Made by a program: the position numbers and the translations under genes | Notes under the pieces: model-generated | Told to the model about the DNA's origin: nothing | What the model saw: the letters and a program-made list of their open reading frames with translations, nothing else | Databases searched by the model: none | DNA from: Squalus acanthias | Taxonomy: Eukaryota | Assembly (NCBI GenBank): GCA_030390025.1 | Contig: CM059432.1 | Coordinates: 25,112,001-25,176,000 of the forward strand | DNA length: 64,000 nt | Direction: 5' to 3' | Shown here: positions 33,568-45,200 of the stretch, piece after piece | How positions within the stretch are numbered: position 1 is the stretch's first letter | How the letters are laid out: every line of letters begins with the position of its first letter

Positions 33568-36443
33568 GGCCGAGATTTTCCTTACCTCGGCGGGTCCGGG
33601 GCGGGCGATGTCGGTGGCGGGTCGCAGCCCTGCTGCTGGCTCCATCCCGCCCTGGAAAATGAATTTACATTGATAGGGCTTGTTAAGCCCGCCCAACGCA
33701 TTTCCCGGCCCAATTAGAGGAAGCGTGTCTGGTGACGTCATTCATGATGCGTCATCAGTCGGTTTCCTTAAAGGGTCAATGGCCATATTTCTTTTGGCAT
33801 TTGTGCTGTCAGTGTTCTACAGCATTGAAGTGCTGCAAACACTGACAAGCACTGCACAGAGGTGCAGGGCTGCACTCAGGTTCTCCCATGACACCCTCCA
33901 TATGCTTGTGGAGGGAGTCAGAGCACGCAGGGAGGTTCTCTTCCCTTCCGATGGGCGCAAGACACCTCCCCAGGAGACCAAAACAGGCTGGTTACACATT
34001 AAACAGGACGGCACAAGCAGGGATGTGGTCAGGAGGACCTGGGTGCAATGATGCAAACATTTCAATGATCTCATTAGATCACGATACATGAGTACAAAGC
34101 CACACTCACCTTCATCTTCCTGTGCCTTGAAGGGATATTTACTAGTCCTAGCCCCTTTGGGGTTATCCCGGATCAGGCGTATTTCTCAGACGTTCACTTT
34201 CAACTAAAGTTTGAGGTAGCTGAATCCTAAAGACGCTTAATTCAGTCTAAAGGTCCAGGCTATCTCTTCCTAAAGGAAAGGAACAACCCGAGAATGTTAC
34301 CGTCCTCCAGATAGCGCTTTTAATAAGTTTAGCTAGACTGTAACGTCTCGGATATTATGAGGGTCCAGAGAACTCCTTCAGAATTCTGTAACTCTTCACC
34401 AAAGAGTGTACAGAGATTGAGTTCACGAGTTATTGATACAGAAGACTTATGTGAGACAATTCTAAAAATATATAGAGATTTATTAAAAGAACCAACATGC
34501 AATTTACAGTTGGTGAATCAGTCAATTGCAATGTTAACAGTTCTAAAAAGAGATAAAATACGATATTTTTAACAGAGAATCTTACTTTTAAATCTTAACT
34601 TCGCTACAGTATTACAGTTCTTAAAGTTTTCTATACAGGATATCCATCAATATCAAATACCTTTGATCCCCGAGGTACAAAGAGTGGAAGACCACAGATC
34701 CGCCTCTGCAGCTGAGAATCGCTTTGTCCGATTAAAGCGACTCTGATATCCCATTTGAGACTTCAATATATATACCCTTTTACAGTTGTATTTCCTTTAA
34801 GGTTTCTGCCGACCCAAGTTAATTATCCCTATTCATCTTTCTGCTGACCTCTGCAATTCTTTACTGCTACATCAGCTTGTAATATTCCAGAATCTTGTCG
34901 CATCTCCAGGTGTTCTGAGTTCACCATATAAAACGGTGTGAAGGGCAGGTGTCCCTTATTTTATGTCATCTTTACGAGGGCAGATGTTCCTTATCTTATG
35001 TGCCATCTTTACGAAGTTTAAATTAAAACACCTTATCCAGGGTGTACCATTGTTTTGTTCCTAGAAGTCAGCCTCTCGGAGCCATGCACCTTCTGTTTCA
35101 ATAAGGTTATTTATTCAGGGCCAACAACTTGTCCTGTTTCAATAAGGCCAGAATTGTTTCATAAGATAGTGTTATTTTCTAAATAGGTTATATGGCTTAT
35201 TCCTTCACAGCCTCTCATCACATCCCCATCACTTTGCCTTCCCTACCCTATTCCTGCACATCCTTACTCACACCAACTTACCTTGCACCTCCACCATCCC
35301 CCTCTCTCTCTCTCTCTCTCTACATTATCACATCCCCATCTCACTAGCCAACCCTCACACTCACTCTCATCCTAGTGCAATCATACCAACTAACAACACA
35401 CAAGGGTAACCACTTGGGTCTTTTATCCAATGTTCATGTAAAGTTTCTGTTAATGTGCTGTCAAACATTGAAACCTTTATTTTCAACACTTTCTGTTCTT
35501 GGACAGATTTGTGTGCACCTTTGTAAGTGGCTTAGTGAGTTGCAGTGAATGATGAGCATTAACGCTACCCCCCGCAATGGTGGTGAGTGTGAAAGGAATG
35601 GCTACCCCCCGCAATGGTGGTGAGTGTGAAAGGAATGGCTTGGATATTGTAGGGATACTTTATGGTGCTGGTGTGGGGTGGTGCCAACCTGGCGCATTAT
35701 GTGGCAGCCACGGTGTATAGCATCTAGTAAAGTAAATCTGGCCATGGTGCGGCTATCCCTGGCCTCCTGGGCAGCAATGTGCTCGGGTGCTGATGCCTTC
35801 TGTCCTGTGCAGCATCAGTTGATTGCGGAGAATGTTGGTGTTGTTGTTGGTGCTGCTGGTGTTGGGGCTGATCGTTGTCGGATTCTGAGGACCAAGGTGA
35901 GACAGTATAAAGAGCACCCATGTTGATGGAATAGATGGCAGGTGAAGTAGAGATGACAGAAGCATTCTGTCAATGGTGAGAGAGTTCTTCCAAAGAGGTG
36001 AGAGTGCATGGAGAGTGGAAAGTGGAAAGCCTGCAGAATCTGTGCTGGAAATGGACTTAGAAACAGCTTATGGCTGAGGAAAGTGATTATCTGTCAGGTA
36101 GGAGCTTTTACTGTACATTTGAAGCTGTCAAGTAATCAGCTGGAGCAATGGCCACTGAACTCCCGCCTCAGGTTGACAGACGTGGTCCCCGAACAGCGTG
36201 GTCCCGTGGCCATGAAGTTAAAGTTAAAAAGTAAGTTAAAAAAGCCTGTGAGGGGTCTGCTAAGTACATTATAATAAGTTTAATTGGGTCGCCCGCCGCC
36301 GCCTGTCAGGTCTGCTCAGCGCTGACAAACCCAACATTGGGAAAGGCAAGTTGCGGCGGGTTCCTGACCCGCTGTCAAATAAAACACTTTCCCACCCGAC
36401 CCATCACCGATCCCGCCCGCTGACACCCCGGAAAATTCCGGCC
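33568..36443. mobile_element. Non-autonomous Harbinger derivative (second family) with Myb exon 1 and transposase remnants
   Basis: TIRs GGCCGAGATTTTCC / GGAAAATTCCGGCC; flanks att/act; RFSHDTLHMLVEGVRARREVLF..W..RTWVQ Myb/SANT-like segment; MGAL start on the minus strand at 35921. Confidence 0.75.
34128..35209 (-). mobile_element. Solo LTR (ERV- or Gypsy-like)
   Basis: TG...CA ends with inverted termini TGAAGGGATA / TATTCCTTCACA; 4-bp TSD GCCT; minus-strand TATA near 34770 and AATAAA at 34479-34484. Confidence 0.75.
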
Positions 36444-38374
36444 ACTGTGTGGCATGGAATGTGTAATGATAAGGCAATTTTCTGACAAACTATTCATTAG
36501 TTGAACCATTCAAGCAACTGGTGTTCTGGGTCTGAGCCTGATAGATGTTACATTCAAGATCATCACCAGTAGTGTCATCACAAGCTATCCCCAGGGAGAA
36601 GACAAACCAGCAACTGATCAAAATAATGAGATCAGCATTAATCACTCAATATATTCACATCACCAATCTGTTCCAAAGGTGCCCATTACTGTGGTCACAA
36701 CTTTGGGATACATTTGGAGTCTGATTCATTGGTCAACACGTAGGTTACACCCGCAAAGTCACAGGCCAAGCAGGGGAGTGGTATTAATTGGATAGCTCTT
36801 TCAAAGAACTGGCACAAACACAGAGGGCCGAATGGCCTCCTTCAGTGCTGTAAGATTCTTTGATTCTATGATCTACATACACTGATACTTGAGCCTTGAA
36901 ACAATGCTGTGTATTAGCCTACGAATGCTTAAATAAATTGGTCATTGCCTCAGTTAAAATAGTGGACAAATGAACATGATACAAATGCATTAAGTGGTCA
37001 TATAATAACAGCATAATTTTAAGTTCTTGATCACGAAAGTATCATCACCCTTGCTGCAGTAGGCATATGAGGCACACACCCTTTGCTAGACTGCCTTCGA
37101 TTGCACACATGCACCCTTGTAAAACCAGAAGAGATTAAAAACATATTTCTTAATTCCATAGAGTGCCAAGGATCAGATGCATCCCATCAGTAGGCTGCAT
37201 CATGTCTTCCATCCCTCTCGAGCATCACCCACTTAACCATTAGGAATTGCGCACATGTCCTCTACTTCCACGCTGATGTGGAGTAAATATGGGGCTGAGT
37301 GGTGTTGGTAAAAAATTCTGGTGGTCTAATGACACCCAGAATCAACAAATAAATTGTCATTGTTGACAAAGAATTTCAGCATCTGACATAAGTTGTGAAT
37401 TTTAGCAGGGACTCGTGATTCTGCCATCAAAATACCAGTTAAGCTCATTAAATGTGTGCGCGTGGATGTGCATAAGGGTGTGTGTGAATGAGGAGGGGGG
37501 GAATCCAATTAAATCAGGCCACATTGCAGCTTCCAGTGACTTATATAAAATCACTTCCAATCACGTACAAATCTGGCTAAAGCAATGAACTCTTTGCCAG
37601 CAACAATAAGAAGCATCCCTTCAGTTGAGGAGCAGAGTGAACAGGAGATGTGGGCACCCAGGAGAGTTGAACAATACAGCAATTTTAATGGTTTTTAACT
37701 ACAGATGCCTTTTCTCTTTTTATTTCTGGACCAATGAGATTTTGAAATACAGCAGGTATATGTATAGGCATGTGGAATCTGTCCTCCATCAAGAAATGAT
37801 GTAATACAATTACCATCACTCATATAAAAATAGGCAGCAGATGATTCCATAACCACCTTCCACACTGATGTATGAACATAGTTGTAGTGAGTAATTATCC
37901 TGATATTGGCAGAGGGAAATGTTGATTTGATTATAATGTATAATGACTTCAGGATATTCCTGTAGTCTGCTGCAAACCAGAACTTGGTGATATAAAACCG
38001 CAGTAATGATGCCACAGAGGAGAGTAATACTCTTTAATGAACATCATCTCCTTTGGACATTACCAAGGGACTCCAAAAAGCAGAAAGGGGAAAATGTTAT
38101 ATTTTTACTTAAAATAACACAGTTCGCATCATGTGAAATAACAGACTTGGATTGAGGTAAAGGCTGTGATCCGCTGCACATTCGGGCTTTGCGCTTGTGG
38201 CTAATAATCTCGCCTGGGTTAAATTATGTCTTGGCAGCTCATGTGCAGGTATCCATTATTAAATAAAATAGCTTAAAAAGAAATTATATGAACGCAGCGA
38301 AATTTGAACACAAGGTCAAATAATTTCAAAGTATAATTGACTGTCTCTAAAGAAAGCTTGAAAGAGAGAGTCCA

Positions 38375-40940
38375 ACTACCTCCTCATGACATTCAATGAA
38401 ATTACCATCGCTGAATCCCCCACCATTAATATCATTGGTGGCCCCCATTGACCAAAGACTCAACGGGACGAGCCACGTAATTACTGTGGCTACTACAGCC
38501 CGTCAGAGGCTGGACATTCAAGAGAAAGAAAGAACTTGCATTTATATAGCGTCTTTCAGGACAGTAATGTGATATTGACCAGATAATCTGTTTTTAGTGA
38601 TGCTGGTTGAGGGATAAATATTGGCCAGGACACCGGGGAGAACTCCCCTGTTCTTCTTTGAAATAGTGCAGTGCTTCTCATCCGAAAGATGGCACCTCCA
38701 ACAGTGCAGCACTCCCACAGTACTGCACTGGAGTGTCAGCCTGGATTATATGCTCAAGTCTCTGGAGTGGGTCCAGAACCGTGTTTACTGCTGAGTCGAG
38801 GCTGACAGCTGTGGCAAGTGGGTCACCACCTGACTCCCCAAAGCCTCTCTGCACAAGGCACAAGTCAAGATTGTGATGAAATACTCTCAACTTGCCTGGA
38901 TGGGTGTAGCTGCAACAACACTTAAGAAGAATCATCCAGGATAAGGCAGTCCGCTTGATCGGCAGCCCATCCACCACCTTTAACATACACTGCCTCCATC
39001 AACGGCGCACCATGGCTGCAGTAACTCGCCAAAACTTCTTCAGCCTCCCAAACCCATGACTTCCACCACCTAGAAGGACAAGGGCAGCAGGTGCATGGGA
39101 ACATCATCACTCGAAGTCACACGCCATCCTGACTTGGATCTATATCACCTTCATTATTGCTGGGCCAAAATCCTGGAACTCCCTAACTAACAGCCCTATG
39201 GCAGTGCCTTCACCATATGGACAGCATGGTTCAAGTAGAAGGCTCACGTCCACCTTCTGGAAAACTGCTAATGTAACACCCTTATTTAAAAAGGGCAGTA
39301 GACAGAAGGCTGGAAACTATAGACCGGTTAGCCTAACATCTGTGGTAGGTAAAATTTTGGAGTCCATTATTAAGGAGACAGTAACGGGACATTTGGATAA
39401 TCATAATTTAATAGGACAAAGTCAGCATGGTTTTATGAAGGGGAAGTCATGTTTGACAAATTTGCTGGAGTTCTTTGAGGAAGTAATTCATAGGGTGGAT
39501 AAAGGGGAACCAATGGATGTGGTGTATTTAGATTTCCAAAAGGCATTTGACAAGGTGCCACACAAAAGATTATTGCTTAAGATAAAAAATCACGGGATTG
39601 GGGGTAATATTCTGGCATGGATAGAGGATTGGCTATCTAACAGAAGGCAGAGAGTTGGGATAAATGGTTCATTCTCAGACTGGCAATCAGTAACTAGTGG
39701 TGTTCCGCAGGGGTCAGTGCTGGGTTCCCAACTCTTTACAATCTATATTAACGATTTGGGGGAGGGGACCGAGTGTAACATATCAAAGTTTGCAGATGAT
39801 ACTAAGATGGGAGGGAAAGTAGTGAGTGAGGAGGACATAAAAAATCTGCAAGGGGACATAGACAGGCTAAGTAAGTGGGCAGAGATTTGGCAGATGGAAT
39901 ACAATACTGGAAAGTGTGAGGTTATGCACTTTGGCAGGAAAAATAGTAGAGCAAGTTATTATCTAAATGGCAAGAAACTGGAAAGTACTGAAGTACAAAG
40001 GGATCTGGGGGTCCTGGTGCACGAAACTCAAAAGGTTAGTATGCAGGTGCAGCAAGTGATTAAGAAGGCCAATGGAATGTTGGCTTTCATTGCTAAGGGG
40101 ATAGAATATAAAAATAGGGAGGTATTGCTTCAGTTGTACAAGGTATTGGTGAGACCGCACCTGGAATACTGCATACAGTTTTGGTGTCCATACTTAAGAA
40201 AAGACATACTTGCTCTCGAGTCAGTACAAAGAAGGTTCACTCGGTTAATCCCGGGGATGAGGGGATGGACATATGAGGAGAGGTTGTGTAGATTGGGACT
40301 CTACTCATTGGAGTTCAGAAGAATGAGAGGCGATCTTATTGAAACATATAAGATTGTGAAGGGGTTGGATCGGGTGGATGCGGGGAGGATGTTCCCGATG
40401 ATGGGTGAAACTAGAACTAGGGGGCATAGTCTTAGAATAAGGGGCTGCTCTTTCAAAACTGAGATGAGAAGGAACTACTTCACTCAGAGGGTGGTAGGTC
40501 CATGGAGTATGCTGCCCCAAAAAGCTGTAGAAGCTACATCATTACATAAATTTAAAACAGAAATAGACAGTTTCCTAGAAGTAAAGGGAATTAAGGGTTA
40601 CGGGGAGCGGGCAGGAATTTGGACATGAGTCTAGGTTCAGATCGGTCATGGCCTTGTGGGTAGTGTAGCGGGCCCAGGGGCCGTGTAGCCTGATCCTGCT
40701 CCTATTTCATGTGTCCAATTCTGTTAGGTTCAGGAGATGGTTCTGTGATAGTAGATTGGCAGTTAGGATCAGATCAGCCATGATCTTATTGAATGGCGGA
40801 GCAGGCTCGAGGGGCCAATTGGCCTACTCCTGCTCCTATTTCTTATGTTCTTATGTTCTTATGTTCTCAAAGGCAACTAGGGATGGACAATAAATGCTAG
40901 CCTTGCTAGCAGCGCCCATATTCCAAGAATTATTTTTTGA
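38375..40940 (+). mobile_element. LINE family X 3' part, interrupted by a SacSINE1-like copy (38521-38770, minus) and a CR1 (39258-40866)
   Basis: Homologous to the reverse complement of 8201-8840; tail resumes at 40867. Confidence 0.8.
39258..40866 (+). mobile_element. Young 5'-truncated CR1 with an uninterrupted RT ORF to the stop at 40628
   Basis: WKTANVTPLFKKG, LDFQKAFD and FADD motifs; (ttatgttc)n tail. Confidence 0.95.
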
Positions 40941-41019
40941 AAATTAAGTAAACTCTGCTTTTCTGCTTTTGGTTTTCCTCTCTCTTTTCTCTGTTCTATT
41001 TGTTCACTGTAATCACTTG

Positions 41020-41470
41020 TTAACCTTGGCTCTGTGGTAGCATTCTCGCCTTTGAGTCAGAAGGTTGTGGGTTGAAGTCCCACTCCCGAAACATGAGCAC
41101 ATAATCTAGGCTCACACTTCAGTGCATTACTGAGGAGAGATGCATTATCGAAAATATCTTCTTTCGGATGAGATGTTAAACTGAGGCCCCATCTATCCTC
41201 TCAGGTAGACGTAAAAGATTCCATAACACTATTTGAAGAAGAGCCGTGGAGTTCTCCTAGTGTCCTGGCCAATATTTCTCCTTCAACCAACATCACTAAA
41301 ACAGCTTATCTGGTCATTATCTCATTGCTCTTAGTTGAACCTTGCTGTGCGCAAATTGGCTGCATTCCCCTTCGTTACAACAGTGACTACGCTTCAAATG
41401 GCTGTAAAATGCCTGAGGTCATGAAAGACACTATATAAATGTTAGTTTTTTTTCTCCTTTCTTTCTTTCA
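41020..41470 (+). repeat. Full-length SacSINE1-like DeuSINE
   Basis: A box tggctctgtgg, B box ggttgaagtcc, central ttgctgtgcgcaaattggctgc, tail ctatataaatg. Confidence 0.8.
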
Positions 41471-42036
41471 TTCTTTCGTTTTTCCTACTTTCTTTTATTC
41501 TTTCCTTCTTTCCTCTATATTCCCATCTTTGCTTCACTGTTATCTGTGCTTTTCTCTTTCTTGCCTTTGATTCACAGTGTCTGTTGATTGTTTCTCTCTC
41601 TCTCTTCCTTGCTTCCCTTCTCTGTCATTTTACCTACATCCATACTGTTCCAGTTCAGAGGTTTTGCTGCATATCCATCGCTAACATGCGTGCCAAACCA
41701 TTTTAGGAAGTTTATGATCATGATTCTCCATAAGGTGAGTTCCGGATCTCAGCTGTGCTGACTATAACCCCATTCTTTTAATCGCAAAGTTCATTCAAAA
41801 AAAGAAAATTTACAGTACCGTTATGTCAGTACTAAAAAGGGATCAAATGAAGAGATCAGATGATCAAATGGTAGACAGCCTAAGCTTTGAAATTATGCTG
41901 TAGGATATTGTTCTCAGCCGGGTTATCTGAAATTCCTCTCTCCACTCTTTTAGCAGAGAAATTAACCCATTTATTTTAAAGCGGTTAATGATTGTGCTAA
42001 ATCAGAGGACAGGAATTTCAGATGAAAACAGTAAAG

Positions 42037-42211
42037 AGATGATTTTAACTTTCGGAGGTAGCAGAAACTGGGTGGTAGTGGATGAGCTGTCCATTAAAAC
42101 CCGCCTGACTTTCCTTTTCATTGACTTCAGTAGAAAGGACAATTGGGCGGGAGGTATAGTGGGCAGTCGATCCGCTAGTTTTCCGTCACTGCCGAATGTT
42201 AAAGTCAGCCC
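42037..42211. mobile_element. Small MITE-like repeat
   Basis: cattgacttc core (reverse of 18199 and 52734 cores); end aaagtcagccc. Confidence 0.45.
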
Positions 42212-42218
42212 TCAAGTG

Positions 42219-45200
42219 TTTGCCGCAAGGAAGATCGAGAAGAGCGTTGGTGCGATGACACAGCCTTGCTTGACCCCGGTCCGTACATGAATTGGGTCTG
42301 TGGTGGAACTGTTGCATGTCGCCGTGAAGCAGGCAGAGGATGGTGACAAACTTCTGAGGGCAGCCGAATTTGAGGAGGACACTCCATAATCCTTCACGGT
42401 TGACAGTGTCAAAGGCCTTTGTGAGGTCAAAGAAGACCATGTACAGCGGTTGGTGCTGTTCCCTGCATTTCTCTTGTAATTGGTGCGCAGTGAAGATCAT
42501 GTCCATTGTGCCCCTTAGTGGGCGGAATCCGCATTGCGACTCTGGGAGGAGCTCTTCAGTCACTGGGAGAAGGTGATTGAGGAGGATTCTTGCGATGACT
42601 TTCCCTGTGGCAGACAGCAGGGAAACTCCTCTGTAATTATCGCAATCAGACTTGTCACCTTTCTTGAAGATGGTCACAATTACGGCGTCTCTGAGATCCC
42701 CTGGCATGCTCTCCTCCTTCCAGATAAGAGAAATTAGTTCATGAATTCGCGCCAGTAGTGCTTCTCCGCCATGCTTTAGTGCCTCGGCAGGGATTCCATC
42801 TGCTCCTGAGGCCTTGTTGTTCTTCAGTTGTCGGATGGCCTTTTCAACCTCATGCCGGGCTGGGGTTGTGTTGAGATGGTAGCGGGTAGCATGCTGCGGG
42901 ATGGAGTTGAGGACACTTGCGTTGAAGACAGAGGCGCGGTTAAGGAGATCTTCGAAGTGCTCCTTCCAGCGGGCACTGACTGCCTCCCTGTCTTTGATGA
43001 GTACCTCTCCGTTCTTGGCCCGCAGTGGGGTAGGACCTTGGGTGCTTGGGCTGTAGGTGGTCTTGACTGCGCTAAAGAATCCACACACGTCGTGGTTGTT
43101 GGCTAGCTGCTGGATCTCCTGCGCTTTCTCCACCCACCATCTGTTCTTTAGGTCGCGAGTATTTTGTTGGACCTCCGCCTTCAGGCGTCTGTAGAGCTGC
43201 ATTCTTGCTCTCGAATTGTTTTGCTGTTTCCAGATCAGGAATGCCTTGCGCTTGCGGCTTATTAGCTCCTGGATCTCCTGGTCATTCTCGTCGAACCAGT
43301 CTTGGTGTTTCCTGGTCGAGTGACCGAGCGTCTCTTCACAGGTGCTGATTATGGAGGCCTTGAGTGCAGACCAGGCGCTGTGGACACTCTGTGTCTCTGA
43401 GTCACTGGGAGTCGTCAGGTTGTTTGTGAGGCGCAGGCTGAATAGGGCTTTCTTAGCGGGGTCTTTGAGTGCTCCAGCGTTGATTTTCCTGCAGCATTGT
43501 TTCTGTTGCCGCCACTGTTTTGGGGCTACATTGATGGAGATAACAGAGAGGATTAGGCAGTGGTCTGTCCAGCAGTCATCAGCTCCTGTCATGATGCAGG
43601 TGATGCGGATGCCCTTGCAGTCCCTCGCTCGGACGATGACGTAGTCCAGCAGATGCCAGTGCTTGGAGCGAGGGTGCTCTCATGAAGCCTTGTACTAATC
43701 TCTCTGCCGGAACAAGGTGTTGGTTATGACAAGGCCATGTTCTAAGCATTTCGACAGGAGGAGGGTACCGTTGGAGTTGGCTTTCCCTACCCACTCTCTG
43801 CCGATCACACCTCCCCAGAGGTCTGTGTCCTTTCCAACTCCAGCGTTAAAGTCACCAAGGAGGATCAGCTTGTCGCCCGTTGGGACTCGGGACAGGGATT
43901 GTTCGAGGCTGGAGTAGAATTCCTCTTTGGTCTCGTCTGTGGCTTCCAGGGTTGGGGCGTACGCACTGATGACCGTAGCGCACTGGTTCCGGGCTAGGGT
44001 GAGCCGAAGAGTCATGAGGCGCTCGTTTATACCGCTAGAGAGTCTCTGAGACGCCCAACAAGTTAAATTTTTATGGCGAAGCCTACCCCATGGAGGTGGC
44101 GTTCTTCTTCAGGTTTGCCCTTCCAGAAGCATAGAAGCATAGAAGATAGGAGCAGGAGTAGGCCATTCGGCCCCTTGAGCCTGCTCCGCTATTTAATGAG
44201 ATCATGGCTGATCATCCAAATTCAGTACCCTGTCCCTGCTTTCTCCCCATATCCCTTGATCCCTTTAGCCTTAAGAAATATATCCAACTCCTTCTTGAAT
44301 ATATTTAATGAATTGCCTCAACTGCCTTCTGTGGTAGAGAATTCCACAGGTTCACCACTCTCTGGGTGAAGAAATTCCTCCTCATCTCAGTCCTAAATGG
44401 CTTACCCATTATCCTTAGACTGTGACCTCTGGTTCTGGACTCCCCCGCCATCAGGGAACATCCTTCCTGCATCTAGTCTGTCTAGTCCTGTTAGAATTTT
44501 ATAAGTTTCAATGAGATCCCCTCTCATTCTTTGAAACTCTAGCGAATATAAGCCTAATCGACCCAATCTCTCTTCATACGTCATTCCTGCCATCCCAGGT
44601 ATCAGTCTGGTAAATCTTCGCTGCACTCCCTCCATGGCAAGAACATCCTTCCTCAGATAAGGCGACCAAAACTGCACACAATACTCAAGGTGTGGTCTCA
44701 CCAAGGCCTTGTACAACTGCAGCAAGACATCCTTGCTCCTGTACTCGAATCCTCTTGCTATGAAGGCCAACATACCATTTGCCTTCTTAACCGCCTGCTG
44801 CACCTGCATGCTTACCTTCAGCGACTGGTGCACAAGGACTCCTTGATCTCGTTGCACTTCCCCTTTTCCCAATCTATTGCCATTCAGATAATAATCTGTC
44901 TTCCTGTGTTTGCCACCAAAGTGGATAACCTCGTATTTATCCACATTATACTGCATCTGCCATGCATCTGCCCAATCACCCAACCTGTCCAAATCATACT
45001 GGAGTTTCTCTGCATCCTCCTCACAGCACACACGCCCACCCAGCTTTGTGTCATCTGCAAACTTAGAGATATTACATCTAGTTCCCTTGTCTAGATCATT
45101 AATATATATTGTGAATAGCTGGGGTCCAAGCACCGATCCCTGCGGTACCCCACTAGTCACTGCCTGCCACTCGGAAAAAGATCCATTTATTCCAACTCTT

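Noticed and set aside
37695..38015. 106-aa minus-strand ORF in unique DNA
   Set aside because: No ATG start, no recognisable family and no convincing splice borders
41020..41095. tRNA gene
   Set aside because: The A and B boxes belong to a SINE head; no cloverleaf is evident
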